Of a stretch of DNA of 64,000 nucleotides, positions 11,246 through 20,492 are shown in pieces. The stretch spans positions 1,376,001 through 1,440,000 of the forward strand of contig CAWCYI010000006.1 of NCBI GenBank assembly GCA_963799845.1, given 5' to 3'. The position numbers and the translations under genes are program-made. Position 1 is the first letter of the stretch, and the number at the start of each line of letters is the position of its first letter. The notes under the pieces are model-generated. The model saw only the letters and a list, made by a program, of their open reading frames with translations, did no database searches and had not been told where the DNA came from. The stretch comes from an uncultured Nitrososphaerota archaeon (GTDB lineage Archaea; Thermoproteota; Nitrososphaeria; Nitrososphaerales; CADDZS01).

Positions 11246-12139
11246 ATGTCTGAAGCCTTCAAACCCAAGCAGTACCGGAGAGCCCTATCTGAGGAGGAGA
11301 CATCCGAGCTCTTGAAGCAATATGGGGAGAAGGGGAGAATCATCGCGGGAGGCACCGGAATCTATGAAGTCGCTCATCGAGGGCTATTATCTGAAGTTGA
11401 AGCATTGATCGACATTAGCAGCTTGAATTTGAGTTATGTCATAATAGGAGATCAATTCGCGCGTATCGGCGCGTCCACGACGATGTCGAGCGTTTTCGAA
11501 TCCAAACAATTGGCAGAATATCCGGAACTGTCAGGATTGTTCGATGCTCTAAGAGCTATCCAGCCTCTTCAGGTGAAGAATGTGGCGACGATCGCCGGGG
11601 CCATATGCACGGCTCTCCCATTCTTTGATCTGCCCGTTTCATTGATAGCAATGGACGCGGATGTCGTTATTTCCCCCGAGAATAGAATCACAAAGCTCAC
11701 GGAGTTTATTCAGGGTTACTTTTCAGTAGACCTGCATCCCGGAGAATTCGTGAAGGAGGTCCGGATTCCACGCTCGCACAAAAATGGAACTGGAGGCAGC
11801 GCTTTTCAAAAATTCGCAATCACAGGCGACGACTGGGCTATCATTAATTGCGGGGCTTCCCTGAAAATAGAAGGTAACAAAATTTCCAAACCCAGAATAT
11901 GTTTCGGCGGAGGAGTGGGCGAAAAGCCAAAAAGAGTTTTTCAAATCGAAAAAATGTTACACGGAATTAGGGCGACTGATGAGATCGGGATCAAAACCGT
12001 TCTCGAAGAGAGCATAGAAAAGGATCTCGAAACCGTCTCAGACATCCGGGCCTCTGCGCAGTATCGAACGAACCTTGCAAAAGTTCTGGGAAGAAGGACG
12101 ATATTGCGTGCCGCAAAAATAGCAATGGGGGAAAAGTAG
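11246..12139 (+). CDS. coxM: xanthine dehydrogenase/CO dehydrogenase family FAD-binding subunit (CoxM/CutM)
   Basis: IIAGGT, Q.KNVATIAG, SDIRASAQYR. Confidence 0.9.
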   Translation: MSEAFKPKQYRRALSEEETSELLKQYGEKGRIIAGGTGIYEVAHRGLLSEVEALIDISSLNLSYVIIGDQFARIGASTTMSSVFESKQLAEYPELSGLFDALRAIQPLQVKNVATIAGAICTALPFFDLPVSLIAMDADVVISPENRITKLTEFIQGYFSVDLHPGEFVKEVRIPRSHKNGTGGSAFQKFAITGDDWAIINCGASLKIEGNKISKPRICFGGGVGEKPKRVFQIEKMLHGIRATDEIGIKTVLEESIEKDLETVSDIRASAQYRTNLAKVLGRRTILRAAKIAMGEK

Positions 12140-12610
12140 ACGGAAAGTATCTCCATTTTTGTCAACGGCCAGAGAATCAATCTATCCGTCGAGCCGGGTG
12201 AGTCACTCAACCATCTTATTCGAGAGAGACTAGGGCTTATCGGAACGAAACGAGGCTGCGAGACTGGGGGCTGTGGCTCCTGTACGGTTATTGTTGATAG
12301 TAAGGCGGTGTACTCCTGTATGATGTACGCCATGCAAGCTTCCGGAAAGCGGGTGATTACGATCGAAGGGCTTCAGAATGGAACTAAGCTTGATCCCATC
12401 CAAGAAAGCTTCATGGACAAAGGGGGCCTTCAGTGCGGTTTCTGCACGACCGGGTTCATAATGTCGTCAAAAGCTCTTCTGAACAAGAATCCAAATCCAT
12501 CGCTCGATGAGATAAGAGATGCTCTTGTCGGTAACCTCTGCCGATGCACCGGTTACAACAAGATATTCGATTCCGTCATCGCAGCTTCGAAATCGATACG
12601 CAAAAATTGA
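12140..12610 (+). CDS. coxS: [2Fe-2S]-binding small subunit (CoxS/CutS); no canonical start codon before the first Cys motif
   Basis: frame from 12140 reads TESISIFVNG..GTKRGCETGGCGSCTV..SC..QCGFCT.GF..GNLCRCTGY. Confidence 0.88.
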   Translation, partial: TESISIFVNGQRINLSVEPGESLNHLIRERLGLIGTKRGCETGGCGSCTVIVDSKAVYSCMMYAMQASGKRVITIEGLQNGTKLDPIQESFMDKGGLQCGFCTTGFIMSSKALLNKNPNPSLDEIRDALVGNLCRCTGYNKIFDSVIAASKSIRKN

Positions 12611-12655
12611 TCCCCGAATTACTGAAATATTGCGGAGGCGCGGGTTGAACAGAAA

Positions 12656-13201
12656 TTGAAATCGAATCAGGAGTCGACCGATGGCGAGCTCGACGAAATG
12701 ATCTACACCTCTGATGAATCTGGCAATCTGCTCATTCTTGAATCGAGAAAAAGACTCCACCTCGCCCGGTCCTCAAGACGGCATGCCGCGGTGATCGGAA
12801 TGATCATGAAGAACAACGGGACATATCTGGTCCAGTGGAGAGCGGCCAACAAGCTTGGTGGAAGCAGGCTGGATGTTTCCGCGACGACGCATGTGAGAAA
12901 AAACGAGACCTATGAAAGAGCTCTGCAACGCTCGTTTTCAAACGAGCTCAACATCAAGCAGGCAGTTCCGCTGAAACACGCTTTTGATTTCAGGTATGAA
13001 GAAGACCTAGGAGAGCGCAGGGAGAACGAGTACTGTAAAGTGTTCATCGGAAAGTACGAGGGCAAGTACACCCCAAATCCAGATGAGGTCGATTCAATAG
13101 AGTTCATGACTCTCACCCAGCTCAAGGATTTTGTAAATAATAATCCGGCTAAGTCTACAAAGTGGTTGAGGGAAACCGTGAAGCGGATGGAAGTTTCGTG
13201 A
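12656..13201 (+). CDS. Nudix-fold protein, type-1 isopentenyl-diphosphate isomerase-like
   Basis: H..RH metal ligands, Q.RA..K, ENEYC, PNPDEV, WL; usual catalytic Cys not evident. Confidence 0.7.
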   Translation: MKSNQESTDGELDEMIYTSDESGNLLILESRKRLHLARSSRRHAAVIGMIMKNNGTYLVQWRAANKLGGSRLDVSATTHVRKNETYERALQRSFSNELNIKQAVPLKHAFDFRYEEDLGERRENEYCKVFIGKYEGKYTPNPDEVDSIEFMTLTQLKDFVNNNPAKSTKWLRETVKRMEVS

Positions 13202-13203
13202 AA

Positions 13204-13647
13204 CTAGGCGACATTTTCAAGTCGGGATTTTACACACGACGCAAATTCGCTTGCCTGCTTTTTCACCAGGTCTTTGCCTATTATCGTCACCGCGGTTTTT
13301 CCGGTAACCGAGATCGGCTTGATCTCGACGTTGTACCTGATTTTGGTTTTGTCAGAAAAACTGACTAAATCCACAGTTCCTGTTACTTCAGCATCCTGGC
13401 CCTCACCAGTGAACTTCATCCGCGTGCCCTCGATTTTCTCAACTATCTTCGCCTTTAGCTCGAACGTCTTCGACAGGTACCCGACTTTCAGCTTCACCTT
13501 GAAAACCGCGCTGGATTCATCGATGGACTGAACGCTTTCGCATCCTGGGATGCAATTTCCAACGTTGGATAAAATGGAAAAGAACGTCCAGCATTTGCCT
13601 TGAGATGCGTTTACTTCAAACTCTTCGCTAGCTTGAACTGATGGCAA
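13204..13647 (-). CDS. coxG: CoxG / SRPBCC family protein
   Basis: W.F.....V..CIPGCESV; next to coxMS. Confidence 0.85.
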   Translation of the reverse strand: MPSVQASEEFEVNASQGKCWTFFSILSNVGNCIPGCESVQSIDESSAVFKVKLKVGYLSKTFELKAKIVEKIEGTRMKFTGEGQDAEVTGTVDLVSFSDKTKIRYNVEIKPISVTGKTAVTIIGKDLVKKQASEFASCVKSRLENVA

Positions 13648-13690
13648 CGGTGTACAGTTTGACCTGTTGCCTAATTAACAGGTTCGGGAG

Positions 13691-13999
13691 TTAAGCTAAC
13701 TGAGCAACTAATTGAGGGGATTCAAGCTGCTTTCTGACGTTGGCGTAGGTGTCTAGGACTCTACTTCCCTTCTGGGTAAGGACGTAATTTTTCCTCCCCT
13801 CGATCACGCTCGAAATCACTAGTCCCTGTTCTTCCAGCGCCTTTATGAAATTCCGCATAACTGCCCATGAAAGATTTGATCGATACATGATGTGAGTCGG
13901 TCTGCCGGCTCCCTCGGAAATCGCTTGGAGTATGTCGATCTTGACTTCCATTTTGGACCTTCTAGGTCCCGCAAGAATATTCGTCTCTACCGTTTCCAT
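13691..13999 (-). CDS. archaeal winged-helix DNA-binding protein (HTH_45-like)
   Basis: RRS..E...DIL.....PTHIMY.SNLSW...Y.LT.KG. Confidence 0.85.
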   Translation of the reverse strand: METVETNILAGPRRSKMEVKIDILQAISEGAGRPTHIMYRSNLSWAVMRNFIKALEEQGLVISSVIEGRKNYVLTQKGSRVLDTYANVRKQLESPQLVAQLA

Positions 14000-14151
14000 T
14001 CACTGGTCTCTCAGATACGTCCCTGGTTCTTTTACGTTATTATCCGCCGATCAATAATCTGCGGTTACATATCCAAAAAATTTCGAGAATGAAGCTTAAC
14101 GTACTGTTTCAGGATTCATAATCGAAATAAATAGCTTGAGAGGAATCGAAC

Positions 14152-14403
14152 TTGAAATTGATTAGGCGAACTAAAGACAACATAATTGCCTCTGTGGTTG
14201 ATGTCGCAAGTATAGTCTTCGCCTATAGACTTGGTGTCTCCCAGCTTGGTATAGCGGCGGGGCTGGGCTATGGCTTATTCGATGCATGGATTGTTATTTG
14301 GCAGAGGGACAGGATCGCAAACGGAGTGAGGACCTTTTCTAGCAGGGTCAAAGATCACTCGTCTTTCAGGAGAAAGGATGCACTCCCCTGGGCCGCAAAC
14401 TAG
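14152..14403 (+). CDS. small hypothetical membrane protein
   Basis: 83-aa ORF with hydrophobic core, 27 bp upstream of the next gene. Confidence 0.45.
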   Translation: MKLIRRTKDNIIASVVDVASIVFAYRLGVSQLGIAAGLGYGLFDAWIVIWQRDRIANGVRTFSSRVKDHSSFRRKDALPWAAN

Positions 14404-14430
14404 TCGACGAGCCTATTGAAAAGTTGAACC

Positions 14431-15210
14431 GTGGGATTGTCCCTAAATGTCCTGACTCTTCCTCCCAGAATCTTTCGCAGCGTACGTGCGGGCATAATCT
14501 ATGACAAGACCGAATTCGAAAAAAGCGAGCTCGATTCCATAGAAAGATTGTATCGCCGAATAAACGTCGAGCTTATCCCATTCGAAAAGTTGCAAAGTCT
14601 TGATAAAGAATTTGGAATTCTTGGATTGATGGGGCCGCGAGCTCTGAGAGGATCAAGGGAATTCATTGAGAATTTCAGCTGCTTGAAGGTGGGATTTCAC
14701 CCAGCAGGAGGGAGCCTGGAGCCCCTGAGAAAGTCGCTGAAACATGTCAACGCCGCGATTATCTGTCTTGGATCGAAAACTCTTATCCAATCATTGTCTA
14801 GCAGCGTGTATCATTTTTATGAAAGTCTGACCCTTCCGAGCCTTCTGAATATTGATCTGGCCGATGTGGAAAGCATTGCGGGTGGAATAGGCATCTCCTT
14901 CAACGAATCGGGAGATTCTTCAGAGGACGTTATTTCTCAGCTTCCATCTGAATGCTACTCTGCGAAGAGCGCACTCTTGCATTTTTCCTGTTCGCGAAAC
15001 GTTACTCTAGAAGAAGTCTACCGGATTTCAAAAATGATTTCGACAAGAAAGGCTGCGAGTCCGTTTGCGCACAACCAGACACCAGATCAAATCAAGATGT
15101 ACAAGAGGATCAGATTGAAGATGGGTCTGAGGATAGCACAAGATTTGGGCGAGGGTAAAATAATGCCCAGGATCTCCTTGACAGGCATCTTATTCGGTAT
15201 CAGGGACTGA
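14431..15210 (+). CDS. divergent FtsZ/tubulin-like protein lacking the GGGTG(S/T)G motif
   Basis: LT.PSLLNIDLADV (T7 loop), AKSALLH...NVTLEE, C-terminal RISLTGILFG match the FtsZ C-terminal half. Confidence 0.7.
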   Translation: MGLSLNVLTLPPRIFRSVRAGIIYDKTEFEKSELDSIERLYRRINVELIPFEKLQSLDKEFGILGLMGPRALRGSREFIENFSCLKVGFHPAGGSLEPLRKSLKHVNAAIICLGSKTLIQSLSSSVYHFYESLTLPSLLNIDLADVESIAGGIGISFNESGDSSEDVISQLPSECYSAKSALLHFSCSRNVTLEEVYRISKMISTRKAASPFAHNQTPDQIKMYKRIRLKMGLRIAQDLGEGKIMPRISLTGILFGIRD

Positions 15211-15244
15211 GCTTCTTCGCGCGCCCTATCTTATAAACCGAGAT

Positions 15245-16283
15245 ACTCTCTTTTCCGACAATTATTTCGCAAGCTGGTAAACAGGAGTAGACTGGGAGAG
15301 TTTTGGAAGAGCGTAACAAAGCGTTACGAGAAACATGTGCCCGCGAAGCTTGATAGCGACAAGATCAGTTACCTCTTCAGAGCTAGAGAAAGGGGCGAGA
15401 CCTGCGCAAACATTGCTCTCCAGCTCGGGGTGTCAAAGAGGAGGGTTGAGCAGATACTTGCCCAGCATAGGAAAGGTGGGGGTGTGCCTCTCCTCCTCAA
15501 GAAACCAGGAAGGAAAAGCATTCCAATTACCGACGAGGAAACTTCACTCGTCATTGATGCTTATCAGAGATATAGGGCAAACGCCCTCTACCTTGAACGA
15601 AAGATCGAGAGCGATAGCAAGATTCACATCAACCACAACAGGATACACAGGGTGCTCCTGATGAACTCCTTTGCGTCAAACTCTAGGAAGAAGTGGATAA
15701 GGAGGAAGTGGGTCAGATACGAGAGGGAACACTCGAATTCATTATGGCATACGGACTGGCACGAGGTAAAGGATCCGAGGTGGAAGGGCAAGTGGCTCAC
15801 CTGCTATGAAGATGATGCTTCTCGTCTCATTACCGGATTTGGGGTCCATGAAACGCTGACCTCGGAGTACTCTGTTTCCTGTCTTGAGAGCGCCATGAAG
15901 GAACACGGCAAACCTGCATCGATCCTATCCGACCACGGAACCACATTTTACACGATGGAATCTGAGAGGAGGGAGAAGGGGATGACAGAATTCGAGAGGT
16001 GTCTCTTGAAGCACAAGATAAGATTCATCCTCGGAAGAGTCAACCACCCCCAGACGAACGGCAAGATCGAGAAGTTCTTCGACATATTCGAGAGTAAGAT
16101 CAAGTGGTTCTCCTCGATAGATGAGTTCATGAAGTGGTACAATGAAGTGAGGCCTCATGGAGCCCTTGACCTCAAGACGCCAACCCAGGCTTACTACGAG
16201 AAGATGCCGCAGTTAGATGCTCTTGAATATCCTTTGTCTATGGAGGTCTCCTGACAGATGCGAAATGATTTCTGGAAAAAACA
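15245..16283 (+). mobile_element. IS481-family insertion sequence, 1039 bp, with 15-bp direct target repeats
   Basis: CTTATAAACCGAGAT at 15230-15244 and 16284-16298; imperfect subterminal IRs (TTTTCCGACAATTATTTCGCA vs reverse complement TTTTCCAGAAATCATTTCGCA, 17/21); right end ACA. Confidence 0.88.
15337..16254 (+). CDS. IS481-family DDE transposase
   Basis: N-terminal HTH; LWHTD, DDASR, SDHG, PQTNGKIEKF, YN..RPH. Confidence 0.93.
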   Translation: MPAKLDSDKISYLFRARERGETCANIALQLGVSKRRVEQILAQHRKGGGVPLLLKKPGRKSIPITDEETSLVIDAYQRYRANALYLERKIESDSKIHINHNRIHRVLLMNSFASNSRKKWIRRKWVRYEREHSNSLWHTDWHEVKDPRWKGKWLTCYEDDASRLITGFGVHETLTSEYSVSCLESAMKEHGKPASILSDHGTTFYTMESERREKGMTEFERCLLKHKIRFILGRVNHPQTNGKIEKFFDIFESKIKWFSSIDEFMKWYNEVRPHGALDLKTPTQAYYEKMPQLDALEYPLSMEVS

Positions 16284-16474
16284 CTTATAAACCGAGATCA
16301 GAAAAACTTTAATTTCAGTCGGCCGTTTCTGTGGGAACGGCAATCTCGACTAGATTAGTTTGGCATGAGTTGAAGGAGAGAAAACTATCCTTGGCAAAGT
16401 TATTGGGTGCACTTGATCTCTTTCTCAGTGCTAAATGGGGAAGGATGTCTATGAAGAGGCCTTGAAATTACCAG

Positions 16475-18160
16475 ATGGCAAAATACGTACTTATTTCCGA
16501 CCTCACTCTATCACACGACTACCAAAACTTCCCTCTACTAGATTTTCTGCCCAGTGCGCCTTCGGATAATCTTCCGAATTTCTTATACAAATACCTGAAG
16601 GGCAGGCCGCCCCCTGACATTAACGGCCGCGCTTCAATGGCCACTTACCCGCTGAGGAAGCTTGAAGCGTCCCTGCTCCAAAGGTATTCGGAAAGCGATG
16701 TAGTCGTCGCCCACGAAGACCATTTCGAGGAATTCATCAAAGACGATACCGAAATCATCGGTGTAACCACCATGGATCCGCTGGGACTAGCGCCGTTGAC
16801 GATGTCCTATACCTTGTTTTTTGGTTCAACCGCGCCTTCTTACGTCCAGAAGGAGTTCGAATCTCTGATTGGCAGGATCAACCGGATTAGACAGGGGAAG
16901 AAGGCCAAGCTAGTCATTGGCGGCCCGGGGGTTTGGGAGTTCACCGTCCATCCTCAGGAAATGGATCGCCTAAATATTGACTACGCCTTTCAGGGAGAGT
17001 CCGAGGATATCATAAATGATCTCTTCGATTATGTTCTGAATGATTCTACTCGGAGCAATGAATTCTTCAGGGGTTTTCAGACGTTCGACAGCGATTATCA
17101 CAAGAGCTTTGTCGGTGACCATAGGTTCATCTCCAGATATCAGTTCTCCAAACAGTTCCCGAAGCTCGAAGACATACCCGAGATAGTCAATCCGACGATC
17201 AAGGGCTTCTTGGAGGTCATGCGGGGTTGCGGGATCGGTTGCGATTTCTGCGAAGTTACTTTACGCCCCCTGAGATACTATCCCCCGGAAAAGGTCAGGA
17301 GGGAGATCGAGGTCAACGTAAAGAAAGGCGGGATTGACAACGTCTGGACCCACAGCGACGAGATCTTTGCGTACAAACACGGAAAGAATTTCGTACCAGA
17401 CTACGACGCGCTAGTTGATCTGTTCAGCGTGATCATGGGCACGCCTGGAGTCCGTCACACCAACCCGACGCACGGTAGGATTTCAATTCCGCTAGGATAT
17501 CCGGAGCTCATTAAGAAACTTTCGGAGATCATGACGGCGGGCCCCGAGAATTGGATTGGTCTCCAGGTGGGCGTCGAGACCGGAAGCGATCGACTCGCCA
17601 AGATCCATATGCCCAACAAGACTCTGCCACTCAAGATCGGACCCGACGGTACTTGGCCGGAGATTGTCTGGAAGGGCACGTTTGTCATGAACAAGTATTA
17701 CTGGCGTCCGGCCTTCACGGTTCAGGTTGGGCAGGAGTCTGAAACGGATGAAGACAATTGGGACACGGTTGCGCTGATAAATCAGATGAGCAACTCAGAA
17801 GTCGATGGAAGACCTTTCGAATTCACGATTACACCAATGCAGAACGTGTCTTTGGGTCACTTGAGAAGCAGAGATTTCTCAGCCTTTGCCTTGAACGAAT
17901 CGCAACTGGCTGTCTACTATGCGTCGTACCGGCACCTGGCCAAGGTTGCGTCGAGAGATGCCTTCAGGAATGGCAGAAATGGCCGAAACCGGAATATCTT
18001 CTCACTCGTGGGAACTGGCTCGCTCATAAGTCTCGGCGGAAAAGTGATGCTTCGCACGATAGCGAATACATGTCGAAGACAAGGCCTGGATCTCGAGAAA
18101 GCTGCAAGGTACGGCCTGAATCAAAAGGTTCCTCAAGCACCTTCGATTCCCGCGATGTAA
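16475..18160 (+). CDS. radical SAM protein, GDGT ring synthase (GrsA/B)-like
   Basis: EVMRGCGIGCDFC, TYPLRKLEASL, TTMDPLGL.P, GGPG.W, GVETGS. Confidence 0.75.
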   Translation: MAKYVLISDLTLSHDYQNFPLLDFLPSAPSDNLPNFLYKYLKGRPPPDINGRASMATYPLRKLEASLLQRYSESDVVVAHEDHFEEFIKDDTEIIGVTTMDPLGLAPLTMSYTLFFGSTAPSYVQKEFESLIGRINRIRQGKKAKLVIGGPGVWEFTVHPQEMDRLNIDYAFQGESEDIINDLFDYVLNDSTRSNEFFRGFQTFDSDYHKSFVGDHRFISRYQFSKQFPKLEDIPEIVNPTIKGFLEVMRGCGIGCDFCEVTLRPLRYYPPEKVRREIEVNVKKGGIDNVWTHSDEIFAYKHGKNFVPDYDALVDLFSVIMGTPGVRHTNPTHGRISIPLGYPELIKKLSEIMTAGPENWIGLQVGVETGSDRLAKIHMPNKTLPLKIGPDGTWPEIVWKGTFVMNKYYWRPAFTVQVGQESETDEDNWDTVALINQMSNSEVDGRPFEFTITPMQNVSLGHLRSRDFSAFALNESQLAVYYASYRHLAKVASRDAFRNGRNGRNRNIFSLVGTGSLISLGGKVMLRTIANTCRRQGLDLEKAARYGLNQKVPQAPSIPAM

Positions 18161-18219
18161 TGCAAGCTAAGAGTTAGTTTTAACAGCTCAAATTCGAAAA
18201 CCCCTGACGAGTTATTTTC

Positions 18220-18954
18220 TTGGTCAGGTTTGATGTTTACACTGCTTCCAACAGCGTGGGCGCTGGCCACTCTGAAAATCAAGACTCCTACCTCGCCGAC
18301 ATGTCAACTATGCTTTTCGCGGTTGCCGATGGCGTCGGAGGGTACCAGGGAGGCAAGGAGGCAAGCGAACTTGCCGTTGCCGCCCTGCGAAACAGGGCGG
18401 GCATGATGCAGGATGAATCTTTAATCATAACCAGCCTCGAAGACATCCACGAGCAATTAATCCATACGGCGAAGGCCCGGCATCTGCCTAACATGGGAAC
18501 GACGATCGCCCTCGTAAAGATTTTTCCAAATTTTCAGACCGGGATAGGAGGCAAGGTGATTACAGCAAACGTCGGAGACAGCCCAATACTGCTATTCTCC
18601 AAGAACGAAACGGATTTTGAATCCAGCTCCTATCGTAAAGTTTTCACCGATGATTCTTTCAGAGACAAAGCTCCTGGCTCGATGTGGGCCATAGTCCAAT
18701 ATCTGGGAATAGAGTCGCAAGAAGTTGATGTTCATGTTCAGAATTTTGATTTCCAAAATGGGGATGTGATTCTAATATGTTCAGACGGAGTGAGTGATAA
18801 CCTCCTCGGGGAAAACACGTATTCCCGAGGGAGGGGAGCGGGTGACATCGAAGAACTGGTGAGGCGGAATGGCAGTGCTCAAAAAATCGTGGAAGAGGCG
18901 ATGCGCGCCGGAGTCAAAAATGATGATATGACGGCGCTCCTAGTGTTTCTCTAA
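18220..18954 (+). CDS. PP2C-family Ser/Thr protein phosphatase
   Basis: NQD, AVADGVGG, MGTT, NVGDS, CSDGVSD, DDMT. Confidence 0.92.
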   Translation: MVRFDVYTASNSVGAGHSENQDSYLADMSTMLFAVADGVGGYQGGKEASELAVAALRNRAGMMQDESLIITSLEDIHEQLIHTAKARHLPNMGTTIALVKIFPNFQTGIGGKVITANVGDSPILLFSKNETDFESSSYRKVFTDDSFRDKAPGSMWAIVQYLGIESQEVDVHVQNFDFQNGDVILICSDGVSDNLLGENTYSRGRGAGDIEELVRRNGSAQKIVEEAMRAGVKNDDMTALLVFL

Positions 18955-19121
18955 TCTGATTGTGAAGAGTCCAACCGCCCTTCGAACCAGGATTCTCGAA
19001 ACAAACTATGTCAATAACGCGATATAGCGGAAACTGATATACTCCTTTGGAGCATAATTTCTCTCTTTAGGGCCTTTAGAGAAAATAGAAACGATTTTAG
19101 TACCAGAGGAGAAACTATCGA

Positions 19122-19223
19122 TTGACGCTCTCTTTGGGAAGCACGGCCGAAAGGTTCGCCCCGGAAGATGATGGGAAGCACACCAGATTTCTGTGCGAAT
19201 CCTGCGATAAATTCTTCTGCTGA
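19122..19223 (+). CDS. putative 33-aa Cys-rich microprotein
   Basis: TTG start after GAGGAG; MTLSLGSTAERFAPEDDGKHTRFLCESCDKFFC. Confidence 0.35.
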   Translation: MTLSLGSTAERFAPEDDGKHTRFLCESCDKFFC

Positions 19224-19385
19224 CCTGCTGGAAGGCCTGTCCCAGATGTAGTTAGGCTCGTTCTCAGCTCATCCTTTCCCGAACTAAACCTTTGATCGTG
19301 TTACTATGTCGGCATCACGAACACCGGAACCCGGTTCAAAACAAAATGCCTTCTCCACTATTCTGCCGTGATCAGAATGACGGAC

Positions 19386-19742
19386 TTACGCAGAAAGGAC
19401 GGAAAAGATAGTAATGAAGTTATTCACAGAGATAAGCGCGAAGATAAACCCGAATACGATTACTGTCAAGAGAATCGTCCTTCTCATACCTTGATTCCTA
19501 GTGACCAAGCCCAAAATCACGAGCCCTCCCACACCGACAAAGAATACGGATTTTATTAACATAAAGGCATTCACCAGTCCTACGCCAAGGCTTGACGAAA
19601 AGAGGAGTAGAGCAGAATTTGCCTCTGAAAGCCCCAGCCTCAATGCGAGGATGGTACTGGAAAGATCAAACAGGTTGAAAATTATGAAATATGCAAACGC
19701 GATCATGAGAGATGAATAGGAAACCACAACCTGAGCTTTCAT
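19386..19742 (-). CDS. DUF5658-like membrane protein
   Basis: N..D...T...L..G..EAN motif with several TM helices. Confidence 0.65.
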   Translation of the reverse strand: MKAQVVVSYSSLMIAFAYFIIFNLFDLSSTILALRLGLSEANSALLLFSSSLGVGLVNAFMLIKSVFFVGVGGLVILGLVTRNQGMRRTILLTVIVFGFIFALISVNNFITIFSVLSA

Positions 19743-19919
19743 GATACATTAATCAGTAGTTGGTGATATTTATCTTCTTTACAAAAACTCTCCATGAACT
19801 CACCCGTATTACTCGGTGAGTAGAAAGCCGTCGTTGTATGCCTCTACCATTCGTTGATAATTGATGCCGCCTAGTTTCGAAAGAACCAGTTCGTCCTGAT
19901 CTTGAATTCAAGTGGCGAA

Positions 19920-20288
19920 TCATAATCCGTGGTCATAACTGAGTAGAGACGAACCAGTCTCAGAAATCGTCTCACTTGCAAGAGTATTGGTTAACGAGGC
20001 ATTAGAACTAGAAACGGTTGAATCTCCCGTAGTCGACGGGATTGAACAACCAGCCGAAGTTAGTGAAGTAGAAGAAACTACTGAAGATGAAGTCGAGACA
20101 CTTTGCGATGACGAAGATGAAGGAGCAGAAGATGAGGATGTCGTTGTCGTACTTGAAGAGCTAGAAAGAGCGACATAAGCCCCGACTATTAATACGAGAA
20201 TTACGATCACGACGATTCCAATCATTGCGCTTCTTGCAAGAGCGCTCTGTTGACCATACTTTCGAGTGGGATTGATAGAACGTACCAT
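19920..20288 (-). pseudogene. truncated PstS-like phosphate-binding protein (anchor, Ser/Thr linker, first motif only)
   Basis: TM anchor, Ser-rich linker, then TISETGSSLL (PstS start) followed at once by a stop. Confidence 0.55.
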
Positions 20289-20492
20289 TAATAGCACAAA
20301 AAATTGAGACGTCTGTTACAAGAAATATTTACTTCGAAGATAGAATACGGTTTCTATATCTCAATATAGACTCCATATAAAAAGAATCATCAGTAGTTGG
20401 CCAACTTCTCGCTGGCCTGGTAAGAACTTCGAAAAGTTCACCTAAAGCTCGAAGTTCCTTGGCCTATGATTCAGCTTTTTGATTAATTGTCA

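Noticed and set aside
12137-12139. Genome-wide TAG recoding, for example to pyrrolysine
   Set aside because: Many genes here end at TAG at their expected C-termini (ubiX, sixA, leuB, TRAM), and no pyl genes are visible.
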